This document shows, piece after piece, positions 42,846 to 52,347 of a stretch of 64,000 nt of DNA (the first letter of the stretch is position 1; every line of letters starts with the position of its first letter). Source of the DNA: Candidatus Latescibacterota bacterium (GTDB lineage: Bacteria > Latescibacterota > UBA2968 > UBA8231); NCBI GenBank assembly GCA_965208105.1, contig OZ242318.1, positions 2,336,001 to 2,400,000 on the forward strand. The letters run 5' to 3'. Under the pieces are notes generated by a model. It made no database searches. It saw nothing but the letters and a program-made list of their open reading frames with translations, and had not been told where the DNA came from. The position numbers and the translations under genes are program-made.

Positions 42846-45050
42846 ATGAGAGCCGAGCCGATCTGGCATGCCGCGCAATCATCGAGGTTCATTTACGCCA
42901 GGTGCGATTTGGCGGCTCCCGCAAACTTCCGCAGCGGAATTTTGCAATGCTCCGGCAGCGGACCGTACGAGGTCTTCCTCGATGGGCGAAAGGTGATAAG
43001 AGGTTTGGGAGGGGCACTGACCCAAGTGCCGGTCTGGCAGGAATTCGAAATCGGCCCTTCCCCGCATTCTGGCAGGAGTACCCTTCTGGTCTTCGCCGGA
43101 GGCCATCCCCACGACAATCTTTCCTGGTTTGCGGCGAAAGGCGAGATAACCTGCGAAGACGGCAGCATTTTGAAGGTGAGCACGGGTCCTTCCTGGAAGG
43201 TTGTTGAAGCCCTGGCATGGCGGATCAACCCGGAGGCTCCAATTTCACCTGTCTTCTTTGCGGCTGCTGAACCCGGGGGAGAGTTGGCCGAATGGATCGA
43301 TGCCCAGATTTGGGAGGATGCAGTTGTCGTGGAAGGACTCTCGATTCAGGCGCAGTGGGGTCCGCGGCCGGTTCATGAAATCGAGGTCCGGCCAAGCGAG
43401 GTAGGGACCTTCGGCGAGACAGGCGCGGAGGGTCCTCTGCGCTTTGTCCGCGAGCCCGGAAAAATGAAATCCTGCAAGTGCGTGCATCGGGAGGGCTTGC
43501 TTTCGCCGGGAAGGAGGCAGACCCGGGTGCAGACGGGCAATCCGCAGCGGGCGGTGTACCTGCTGCTGGATTTCGGCAGGTTGGTGCACGGGTTTCCCCG
43601 CCTGCGTCTGCGCGGAACAACGGATAGCCGGATCGACCTGGGATTTTCCCGGACATGGGGAAGAATCGAGACCTCCGTACGCTATGTCTGTACTGACGAC
43701 TACCGGGAGTGGACCGGGATCTTCCCGCACACTTGCCGCTATATGGTCCTGCGCCTGAGCAATTGTCCCGAGGCGGTGGAACTGGATTGCGTATCCATGC
43801 TGGAACGCAAGGTATCGGTTCAATCCCGGGGGACATTTTCCGCCGGCCGGGCCCGGGGAATAAACTGGGAAGCCGGGCGGCGCACTCTGGATATCTGCCG
43901 GCAGGAAATCTACTCTCCGTCGCTCGGTCTGGGTTCCTACGATTGGGTTGGAGCCTATGCTTTTGCACTGAACGACTATTACCTGAGCGGCGACTGTCAC
44001 ACTGCCGCAGCTACCCTCGCAGGCGCAACTGTATCCCGTCAAGATCCCCTGCATTCCCTTGCCTACCTGCTTTTCCTGGAGACCTATTTCCACTATTCCG
44101 GCGACGTGGAACGGACCGCGGATCTGCTGCCGGGCGTACGCCAAATCCTCGCTGCCTTCGCAGAACGCGGGGATGGGAGAGGCCTGCTGCAGCTTGATGG
44201 AGAGGGCGCAGCCACGGCGGTGAACGCACTTTACGCAGGAGCATTGGCCGCCGGCAGCCGGCTGTTCCACGGCCTCGGGCGACTTGATATGGCCGCCTCC
44301 TGCAGACATGAGTACGGACGGGTGAGGAAGGCTCTGCAACAGTACTGGTCGGAAGACCAGGGTCTGTTCGTGGACGGTCCCGGAGAAGATGGGATCAGCC
44401 AGTGGACTAACGCCCTCGTGCTCTATTTCGGTCTTGCGCCGGGGCCGCAGGAGCAGCGGATCGTCCGCCGCATCAGGGCTGCGGACGTCCTCCGGGTAGA
44501 TTGTATGTCCCAGGCTTTTTTCGTTGCCGGGGGTCTATGGCAGGCTGGAGCGGGAAACAGATCGATCTCCTACATTCAACAGCAATGGGGACGGGATGGA
44601 TTGACCGGGACCCTGCGAATGGAGGAAAAGGGAAAAACCGGGGCAATCGGTCTGGCCCCGGGACCGGAGTACTTCCTTGGATCGAAGGTTCTGGGCGTGG
44701 TTCCCGGAAAGCCCGGATACGAAGTCGTCGAGGTGCGGCCACATCCAGCCGGGCTCGACGGCGCCACAGGCTGCATTTCTACCCGGCGCGGAAACGTGGA
44801 GGTGCAGTGGCAACGAACGGCCGAACCCGCCCGGTTTACCCTTGGTATCCGGCTGAGCAAGGCCGGCGAAACCCAAATTTGCGTCCCCCGCCTGGGATTG
44901 CCTTTTCCAACCTTGAGCCTCAACGGTGAAACGGTGTGGCGAAACGAAAAGATCCATCCCAACTCATTCGTACAGGAAATCAGCAGCGAGGAAGACTACG
45001 TAGCCCTGAAAGTGCGCGATGCGGGGCGCTATGAAGTAGCGGTCGAATAG
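42846..45050 (+). CDS. Alpha-L-rhamnosidase (GH78)-like protein with divergent catalytic motifs
   Basis: YEVFLDG, LLDFGR..GFPRL, helical core (NALY, YWSEDQGLF, SQWTNAL), C-terminal VLGV.PGKPGY..V.PHP.GL..GCISTRRG.VEVQW. Confidence 0.7.
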   Translation: MRAEPIWHAAQSSRFIYARCDLAAPANFRSGILQCSGSGPYEVFLDGRKVIRGLGGALTQVPVWQEFEIGPSPHSGRSTLLVFAGGHPHDNLSWFAAKGEITCEDGSILKVSTGPSWKVVEALAWRINPEAPISPVFFAAAEPGGELAEWIDAQIWEDAVVVEGLSIQAQWGPRPVHEIEVRPSEVGTFGETGAEGPLRFVREPGKMKSCKCVHREGLLSPGRRQTRVQTGNPQRAVYLLLDFGRLVHGFPRLRLRGTTDSRIDLGFSRTWGRIETSVRYVCTDDYREWTGIFPHTCRYMVLRLSNCPEAVELDCVSMLERKVSVQSRGTFSAGRARGINWEAGRRTLDICRQEIYSPSLGLGSYDWVGAYAFALNDYYLSGDCHTAAATLAGATVSRQDPLHSLAYLLFLETYFHYSGDVERTADLLPGVRQILAAFAERGDGRGLLQLDGEGAATAVNALYAGALAAGSRLFHGLGRLDMAASCRHEYGRVRKALQQYWSEDQGLFVDGPGEDGISQWTNALVLYFGLAPGPQEQRIVRRIRAADVLRVDCMSQAFFVAGGLWQAGAGNRSISYIQQQWGRDGLTGTLRMEEKGKTGAIGLAPGPEYFLGSKVLGVVPGKPGYEVVEVRPHPAGLDGATGCISTRRGNVEVQWQRTAEPARFTLGIRLSKAGETQICVPRLGLPFPTLSLNGETVWRNEKIHPNSFVQEISSEEDYVALKVRDAGRYEVAVE

Positions 45051-45100
45051 CTGAAGACGTTCATGCAGTCGATCCGGAGGGAGGCGAAAATTTTTTCCCC

Positions 45101-45745
45101 ATGACAGCACTGCACCACATTGTCCGGAAGCCGGCAGGAGATGCCCCGGACGGAGGATTTCCCCTGCTGGTTTTGCTCCACGGCTACGGCAGCGACGAGA
45201 GGGACTTGATGGGATTGGGCCCCTTTCTCGATCCTGGCCTGCTGATGGTCAGCGCCCGGGCGCCTCACGGCCTGGACACGGGAGGCTATGCCTGGTTTCC
45301 GATCACCATGGGAGAAGGTGGGATAGTCCTGCATTTCGAGCAGGCCTGGACATCCTGCGCACAGGTATCCGAGCTGGTTGACAGCTTGAAAGCTGACTAT
45401 CCCGTGGACCCCGGAAAGGTATTTCTGCTGGGTTTCAGCCAGGGAGCGAGCATCGGCCTGGCCGTGGTTCTGAAGTACCCCAAGCTCTGCACGGGCGTTG
45501 CTGCAATCAGCGGAGCCTGCACGGAGGAGATGCTTCCCGCCGATCATTCAACCCTGAAACATCTGCAGGTCCTGGTAGCGCACGGCCGCCTGGACCAGGT
45601 CATTCCGGTCGACCAGGGCAGGTTGTCGCACAAGTTGCTCGGTTCCCTTCCCCTGGATCTCACCTACATGGAATACGAGATGGGACACGAGATCAGCCAG
45701 GAGTGTTTGCGGGACCTTCGGAACTGGCTGGGCAGGCGGCTGTAA
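45101..45745 (+). CDS. Phospholipase/carboxylesterase (alpha/beta hydrolase)
   Basis: LLHGYG, GFSQG nucleophile elbow, HGRLDQVIP, MGHEI. Confidence 0.92.
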   Translation: MTALHHIVRKPAGDAPDGGFPLLVLLHGYGSDERDLMGLGPFLDPGLLMVSARAPHGLDTGGYAWFPITMGEGGIVLHFEQAWTSCAQVSELVDSLKADYPVDPGKVFLLGFSQGASIGLAVVLKYPKLCTGVAAISGACTEEMLPADHSTLKHLQVLVAHGRLDQVIPVDQGRLSHKLLGSLPLDLTYMEYEMGHEISQECLRDLRNWLGRRL

Positions 45746-45811
45746 GGTGCTTCGCCCAAGTCTCCCTGGGCACCGGGGCGGCCTTCTCGGGCACCCACCT
45801 GGACGACGATC

Positions 45812-46843
45812 TCAATCGTCAATCCATCCGGCGGTTTCTCGGCCGGCGATGGTGGCCATGGCATCCAGCCAGGCCGGGTGGCTGTTCAGGCAGGGTGTCA
45901 GGTGGAATTGGCGGCCGCCGCCCCGGTGAAACTGGTCGGCCCCTTCGTTGCCGATCTCGTCCAGAGTCTCCAGGCAATCAGCGGTAAAACCGGGGCAGGT
46001 AGCCACCAGGGCGCGCATTCCCTTTCCCCCCAGTGTCAGAAGCAGGTCTTCGGTATAGGGCTGCAGCCACTGCTCTCTGCCAAAGCGCGACTGGAAACCG
46101 GTAACCCATTCTTCGGGTTTGAGCCCGAGGGCATCTGCAAGAAGACGGGCAGTGGTCTCACAGTGCCGCCGGTAGGGGTCGCCTTCGTCGACGTAGCGCT
46201 GGGGTATGCCGTGAAAGGTGATCAGAAAGCAGTCGGGAGACCGCTCCAACCGGGCGATGTTTTCCTGGATACCGACCTTCAACGCGTCAATATAGGCCGG
46301 ATGGTCGTAGTAGGGAGGTACAAAGCGCAAGGTGGGCATGAGGCGCCGGCGGTCGAAGAAGAGAGGGCATCGGCGTCCCAGGGCGGCGCGGACAACGGCG
46401 TCGTAGATCGAGCCGGTAGTGCTGGCGGAAAACTGGGGGAACATGGGAAAGACGAGAATGCGCTCGATGTTTTCCCTGGCCAGGGTCCGCATTGCCTCGG
46501 CAATGGATGGTTGGCCGTAGCGCATTCCCAGAATGACGCGGTAGGAGTTGCCGAGGCGCCGCTGCAACCCACTTTCCTGGGCGCGGGAATGGACCATGAG
46601 CGGGGAGCCCTCGGGCCGCCATATCCTCCCATAGAGCCGCGCCGAGCGGGAAGGGCGCCGGGTGAGAACGAAAAGATGGAGAATCGGAAGCCACTTCAGG
46701 GGATTGAGGTCGATGACGCGACGGTCGGAAAGAAACTGCTTCAGGTAGGGCCGCAGGGCCGCGGCTGTTGGAGCTGAGGGCGTGCCCAACTGGGCGAGGA
46801 GCACGCCGATTTTGGATGGAGGATCTGCCTTCAAGGTTTGCAT
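45812..46843 (-). CDS. hemH: Ferrochelatase
   Basis: LGTP, YLKQFLSDRRV, GSPL, MRYGQP, FHGIP, GDPY, FQSRFG..WLQP, DCLETLDEI. Confidence 0.96.
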   Translation of the reverse strand: MQTLKADPPSKIGVLLAQLGTPSAPTAAALRPYLKQFLSDRRVIDLNPLKWLPILHLFVLTRRPSRSARLYGRIWRPEGSPLMVHSRAQESGLQRRLGNSYRVILGMRYGQPSIAEAMRTLARENIERILVFPMFPQFSASTTGSIYDAVVRAALGRRCPLFFDRRRLMPTLRFVPPYYDHPAYIDALKVGIQENIARLERSPDCFLITFHGIPQRYVDEGDPYRRHCETTARLLADALGLKPEEWVTGFQSRFGREQWLQPYTEDLLLTLGGKGMRALVATCPGFTADCLETLDEIGNEGADQFHRGGGRQFHLTPCLNSHPAWLDAMATIAGRETAGWIDD

Positions 46844-46921
46844 GGAGATCTTCAGCCATGAGAACCGGCGTTGGCAATCCCCTATCCGCTGTCTTTGCCT
46901 GCAGGGAATCGTTCCAGTTTC

Positions 46922-47656
46922 TCAGCGCCCCTCGAGCTTTATCCGACCCCAGCTCCTGGCCTCGACCGCGGTCAGGTCGAAATGGACCTCGAGCACCGGA
47001 CGGTTGACTTCCTCGCCGTTCTCGCGGCTGTCGAAGCGCTTGGCCGACGGGTTGGATCCCTCGACACCCAGCATCATCCAACCGAAATTGCTCGAAGGAT
47101 GATCGAGCCAGGCCTGTACATCGGACGCCATTTCCGGTGCCGCCCAGGAATATGAGCCACGACCTCCAACCTCTCTGGAAGCACTGGGAACTTCCGCGAA
47201 ATCGCCTCCCGGGATATTCCAGGTCCTGGTTGCGAAGAAGGTGTGTATCCAGGTAGCGTCGCCTTCGGTGGCGGAGGAGCCGCGGTCCTCCTGGCCTGAA
47301 GGTGCCGAAGTACCCTCGCCCCAGTCGGCCAGGACCCGGTGCAATGTCACATCCGCAGTCTGCTCTGAGCTCCCCGACATGTTGAGAGTGAGCTTGACCC
47401 TGTTGATAGTGGCGCCTTCCGGGATGTGGGCGGCGATGTCGAAGGTAATGAGAGCCCGCCTGGAGGTGCCGCTATCGCTGTTCCCCACGAAGAGATGGCT
47501 TCCGGCGCCACTGCTCAAGGTCCCTTCGTCGTGTTGGAACAGGGTGTTGTCCTTGCTCGGAAAAATGGTTACTTCCGAGGCCATGGCCACTTGAGCGGCC
47601 AGGAACACAAGTGCCAGGCCGAAAGAAGCCGTTACCCATCGTTTCGAGTCAAACAT
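46922..47656 (-). CDS. Secreted DNRLRE-domain protein with a C-terminal TAVExxSWGxIK tail
   Basis: Signal peptide ending AMA, KDNTL, RALITFD, WGEG, ATW, PGGDF, DVQAWLD.P..NFGW, FDSRE..RPVLEV. Confidence 0.8.
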   Translation of the reverse strand: MFDSKRWVTASFGLALVFLAAQVAMASEVTIFPSKDNTLFQHDEGTLSSGAGSHLFVGNSDSGTSRRALITFDIAAHIPEGATINRVKLTLNMSGSSEQTADVTLHRVLADWGEGTSAPSGQEDRGSSATEGDATWIHTFFATRTWNIPGGDFAEVPSASREVGGRGSYSWAAPEMASDVQAWLDHPSSNFGWMMLGVEGSNPSAKRFDSRENGEEVNRPVLEVHFDLTAVEARSWGRIKLEGR

Positions 47657-47910
47657 TTTTCTTTCACTCCGAATCCAGGCGATGGTTCTATACCATAAAT
47701 TATATAATTTACCCCCATGTTCACAAATTTTTTGCAACTACCGCCATTGGATTTCCTTTTCATGACCATCAGTTGCCAAAAAATCGACAGGATTGCCCCG
47801 AATCCAGGGGGCCCTCTGCCTTGTTGGCAAACTTCCGGGTGAGTATACTCAGGGAAGAGGCCAACCAGAGTTACGCAACGCTCCAAGAATCCCTTTCCCC
47901 ATCGGAAATA

Positions 47911-50160
47911 ATGGATAGGAAGCAGGAAGCAAACCCCGGACATCTGTCCGTGATTTTGAACGTCGCGGGGATGAACTGCGCCGCCTGTGCCACGAGGGTC
48001 GAGCGCGAACTCCAACAGCTGGAGGGAGTGGAAACCGCAGCGGTCAATTTTGGCACCGAGCAGGCCTCGGTCGAATACGACGGAAACCAGGTTGGGGTCC
48101 CCGATCTCCGGCGAGCGGTGGTGAACGCGGGCTACGAGGTCGCCGACGAGGACGAAGAATTGCAGGACCGCAAGCAGGCGGCGATCAAATCGCAGGGTAA
48201 AACACTGGCCGCGGTCTCGGGATTCTTCCTTCCGCTCTTCATCCTCGAGATGGGAAGCATGGCAGGACTGCCGCTGCCCCGGTTCCTGTCCTTCGAGCAC
48301 TATCCCCGCCAGGTTGGTACGATCCATCTGTTCCTCGTCCTCCCGGTGATGTGGATCGGAAGGCGCATCTACTTCGACGGAGTGCGCGCCCTCCTGCGCG
48401 GCGGACCCAACATGTTCTCCCTGATCACCATCGGTACGGCCGCGGCCTTTGTTTTCAGCCTTTACGGCCTGCTCAGCATGACCTTCGGCGAGGCCGCCAC
48501 ATTTCAAACCTACTTCCCCGCCGTTTCTACCATTCTCACCCTGGTGTTCCTGGGTCGCTACCTCGAAGCCCTTTCCAGGAACCGGGCCGGCGATGCCATG
48601 AGGTCCTTGATGGACTTGCAGCCCAGGACGGCGACCCTTCTTTCCGGCGGCCAGGAGCGCACCATTCCAGCCGGCGATATCGAAGTTGGAGACCACCTGC
48701 GCGTGCGGCCGGGAGAGAATATCCCGGTCGACGGCGAGGTCGCCGACGGTCATTCTGCCGTGGACGAGTCAATGGTCACCGGTGAATCGATGCCTGTGAC
48801 CAAGGACGAGGGAGACACCGTGGTCGGAGGCAGTATCAACGGGCGGGGCATGCTGGTGGTGCGTGCCCAACGCGTAGGCAAAGACACCGTGCTGGCGCAA
48901 ATGGCGCGAATGGTCGAGGAGGCGCAGCGCGCCAAGGCGCCCATTGCCCACCTCGCCGATGTCGTCTCCAGGTATTTCGTGCCCGCCGTTCTGGCCATCG
49001 CCCTGCTCGCCGGCGGAGCGTGGTTGCTGTTCGGGCCGGGCCTGGCCTTCGCCTTGAAAATCTTCGTGGCGGTGTTGATAATTGCCTGCCCATGTGCCCT
49101 GGGACTTGCCACTCCGGTAGCCATCATGGTGGGCACCGGGCAAGGCGCCCGCATGGGAATCCTGGTAAAAAGCGCCCAGGCCCTGGAGGCGGCTCGACAA
49201 CTTGACACGATTGTCCTGGACAAGACCGGAACGATCACCGAGGGCCGCCCGAAAGTCGTCGACCTGGTTGGCTTCGACGGATATACGGAAGAGCAGGTTC
49301 TTTGCTACGCGGGATCACTCGAGCTGGGGTCGGAGCACCCTGTCGCCGCGGCACTGGTGGAATGCGCCAGAGACAGGGGAGGGGAATTGTTGCCGGTGAA
49401 GGGCTTCGAAGCCACGCCTGGACAGGGAGCCCGCGGGCGGATAAACGGCATTGAAACTGCGGTGGGAAACGAGGTTATGATGCAGGGGATTACCACCAGC
49501 GTGGCACAGCGGCAGGAGGCCGGGGAGATGGCATCCGCAGGCAAGACCGCGGTGTGGGTTGCCATGGACGGGAGAATTGTCGGCCTGATCGGGGTGGCCG
49601 ATGCGTTGCGGGAATCCAGCGCGGAGGATATCGGCAATCTGAAAAAGCTCGGGCTGGAGATTGTAATGCTCACCGGAGACAATCGCAACTCTGCCGCAGC
49701 CATCGCTTCCCAGGTGGGAATCGAGCGGATTGAAGCCGAGGTGCTTCCCGCTGACAAGGCCGAGGTGATCCGCTCGCTTCAATCCAGGGGCCGGCGCGTG
49801 GGCATGGTCGGGGACGGGATTAACGATGCACCGGCTCTTGCCGAGGCGGATGTGGGCTTCGCCGTGGCGGCGGGGACTGATGTGGCGATTGAATCCGCGG
49901 ACATGGTGCTGATGAGGAATCGCCTGAGTTACGTGAGCCGTGCATTGATGTTGAGCCGGGCGGTGGTGCGGACCATCCGGCAAAATCTGTTCTGGGCATT
50001 TCTATACAACGCCGCAGGTATCCCCGTCGCGGCCGGTCTTCTCTATGCCCTTGGTGTGCCCGTGTTACTCAGCCCCATGCTGGCAAGCGTGGCCATGGCT
50101 TTCAGCTCGGTGTCCGTGATCGGCAACGCCTTGCGTCTGAAGCGAATCGGGCCGGATTGA
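47911..50160 (+). CDS. copA: Cu(+)-translocating P1B-1 ATPase
   Basis: GMNCAAC HMA domain, [28 protein letters not shown] and MAFSS motifs. Confidence 0.95.
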   Translation: MDRKQEANPGHLSVILNVAGMNCAACATRVERELQQLEGVETAAVNFGTEQASVEYDGNQVGVPDLRRAVVNAGYEVADEDEELQDRKQAAIKSQGKTLAAVSGFFLPLFILEMGSMAGLPLPRFLSFEHYPRQVGTIHLFLVLPVMWIGRRIYFDGVRALLRGGPNMFSLITIGTAAAFVFSLYGLLSMTFGEAATFQTYFPAVSTILTLVFLGRYLEALSRNRAGDAMRSLMDLQPRTATLLSGGQERTIPAGDIEVGDHLRVRPGENIPVDGEVADGHSAVDESMVTGESMPVTKDEGDTVVGGSINGRGMLVVRAQRVGKDTVLAQMARMVEEAQRAKAPIAHLADVVSRYFVPAVLAIALLAGGAWLLFGPGLAFALKIFVAVLIIACPCALGLATPVAIMVGTGQGARMGILVKSAQALEAARQLDTIVLDKTGTITEGRPKVVDLVGFDGYTEEQVLCYAGSLELGSEHPVAAALVECARDRGGELLPVKGFEATPGQGARGRINGIETAVGNEVMMQGITTSVAQRQEAGEMASAGKTAVWVAMDGRIVGLIGVADALRESSAEDIGNLKKLGLEIVMLTGDNRNSAAAIASQVGIERIEAEVLPADKAEVIRSLQSRGRRVGMVGDGINDAPALAEADVGFAVAAGTDVAIESADMVLMRNRLSYVSRALMLSRAVVRTIRQNLFWAFLYNAAGIPVAAGLLYALGVPVLLSPMLASVAMAFSSVSVIGNALRLKRIGPD

Positions 50161-50447
50161 GGTTCCCGGTCAGGGGAAACCGGTCTCCCGCGGCCGCTTC
50201 CTCGCCAGGCCGCCCGGACGCCGTCGATGCGCGCGTTCCAGTTCATCCCGTCGCAAAAATGTGCCGGCCTTCTGGCTCTTCACCCCACTATATATCCTGG
50301 GCTGCCGGGCCAGGTTGATCGCCTCGAGGATTCCCCGGACAATGGAATGACCCCGGAGGAGGCGCGGATGTCCCCTGAATTGCCCCATGGTGGACGCCAC
50401 AGCCAAATTTCCGGACCTGAAAACAGCTCACCTGGAGGAGAGTCGAA

Positions 50448-51218
50448 ATGGGTTCAATCAATCAGTCGATCTGTTTTGGCGGCTTCACTCACGGAGCCGA
50501 ATCCCCCCAAGAGATCATTGCCTGCGCGGCGAAGATCGGATACGAATCGGTGGAGATGCTCGACCGCCAGTACTGGGACCTGGTGCGCGAAAAAGGGATG
50601 CGGGTGGCGATCATCATCGGACACGCGTCGCTTCCGGACGGGCTCAACAAGCGCGAAAACCACGCCCGGATCGAAGACGAGCTGCTGGCCAACATGGACG
50701 TCGCCGTGGAGAACGACATCCCCGGCCTGATCTGCTTTTCGGGCAACCGTGAAGGCATGTCGGACGAGGAGGGACGAGATAATACAATCGAGGGCCTGTT
50801 GCGCGTGAGCAAGGCAGCCGAGGAAAAAGGCGTTACTCTCTGCATGGAGCTGCTCAACAGCAAAGTGAATCATCCAGACTACCAATGTGATCACACCGCC
50901 TGGGGCGTTGAGGTCTGCCAGGGGGTGAATTCGCCTCGAGTAAAACTGCTCTACGACATATACCACATGCAGATCATGGAGGGCGATCTTATTCGAACCA
51001 TCGAGGAAAATATCGGCTTCATCGGGCATTTTCACACCGCCGGAAATCCGGAACGGCGCGACCTCGACGGCGAGCAGGAGATCTACTACCCGGCAGTCAT
51101 GCGGGCAATCGCCAGGACCGGCTATGATCTCTTCGTAGGGCATGAGTTCCGTCCCAAAGGCGATCCCATCGCCGCAATGCAGGATGCATTCGATACCTGC
51201 AACATCACCATCGATTGA
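50448..51218 (+). CDS. Hydroxypyruvate isomerase family TIM-barrel protein
   Basis: CFSGNR, MELLNSKVNHPDY, LLYDIYHMQIMEGD, HFHTAGNP.R, GHEF. Confidence 0.88.
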   Translation: MGSINQSICFGGFTHGAESPQEIIACAAKIGYESVEMLDRQYWDLVREKGMRVAIIIGHASLPDGLNKRENHARIEDELLANMDVAVENDIPGLICFSGNREGMSDEEGRDNTIEGLLRVSKAAEEKGVTLCMELLNSKVNHPDYQCDHTAWGVEVCQGVNSPRVKLLYDIYHMQIMEGDLIRTIEENIGFIGHFHTAGNPERRDLDGEQEIYYPAVMRAIARTGYDLFVGHEFRPKGDPIAAMQDAFDTCNITID

Positions 51219-51240
51219 GAAGGAAATCAAGGAGGGTGGA

Positions 51241-52347
51241 ATGAAGATTACAGACGTGGAGGTACAATCCTATTCATGGCCGCGGCCAAAGCCCATCAGC
51301 AACGGGAAATACACCTACAGGACCGCCGACCTGAACCTGGTTCACGTCCATACGGACGAGGGCCTCACCGGAATAGGCTGGGGAGGCGGTACGGCGGCCA
51401 CCCGCCCGGGCGGCGTGAACAGTGTTCTGGTGGAACATTTCAAGCATGCCCTGATCGGTGAAGATCCCTTCTGTTACCGGCGTCTCTGGGAAAACATGTG
51501 GCTGCCCAAGATAGTCGGCCGCAGGGGGATGACCACCCACGTAATCAGCGCCATCGATATCGCCCTGTGGGATCTGATGGGCAAGGCGGTGGGCAAATCG
51601 GTGCACAAGCTGCTGGGGGGATTCAGCGACCGCGTTCCTGCCTACATTGCGGGAGGGTACTACGAGGAAGGCAAAGGACTGAAGGAGCTGGCCCAGGAGA
51701 TGGAGGAGAATCTCGGTCTCGGAGCAAGGGCCGTGAAGATGAAGGTTGGAGGGGTGTCCATCGACCAGGATGTCGAACGGATCAAAACGGTGCGCGATAC
51801 CATCGGCCCCGGCATCAAGCTGCTGGTGGATGCCAACAATGCCTACGCCGCATACGAGGCCACGGAGCTGGCTCGCAAGATGGAGCCCTACGACATCTTC
51901 TGGTTCGAGGAACCCGTGGCACCGGACGACTACCGCGGCCACGCCCAGGTTGCAAGGTCGACCATAATTCCCATCGCCACCGGCGAGAACGAATATACCC
52001 GCTATGGTTTCCGCGACCTGATCGAACACGAGTCTGCCGCAATCATCAACGCCGACGCTCAGATCCTCGGAGGGATCACCGAGTTCATGCACGTCGCTTC
52101 CCTGGCTGCCGCTCACGACCTGCGCGTTGCCCCGCACGGGGACCAGGAGGTACATATCCACTTGGTCGCCGCCATTGCCAACGGCTTGATCCTGGAGTTC
52201 TACCGGGAGAGCGTGGACCCGCTCCGGGGACGTATCTTTCGAGAGCCCCTGACCCTCGACAAAGATGGCTGCGTGAAGGTTCCCGACCGCCCAGGTCTGG
52301 GAATGGAGCCGGACTACGAGCTGATCAAAAGCTACCGCGTGGGATGA
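51241..52347 (+). CDS. Mandelate racemase subgroup enolase-superfamily dehydratase
   Basis: SAIDIALWD..GK, KMK, DAN, FEEP, TGENE, APH, PGLG. Confidence 0.92.
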   Translation: MKITDVEVQSYSWPRPKPISNGKYTYRTADLNLVHVHTDEGLTGIGWGGGTAATRPGGVNSVLVEHFKHALIGEDPFCYRRLWENMWLPKIVGRRGMTTHVISAIDIALWDLMGKAVGKSVHKLLGGFSDRVPAYIAGGYYEEGKGLKELAQEMEENLGLGARAVKMKVGGVSIDQDVERIKTVRDTIGPGIKLLVDANNAYAAYEATELARKMEPYDIFWFEEPVAPDDYRGHAQVARSTIIPIATGENEYTRYGFRDLIEHESAAIINADAQILGGITEFMHVASLAAAHDLRVAPHGDQEVHIHLVAAIANGLILEFYRESVDPLRGRIFREPLTLDKDGCVKVPDRPGLGMEPDYELIKSYRVG

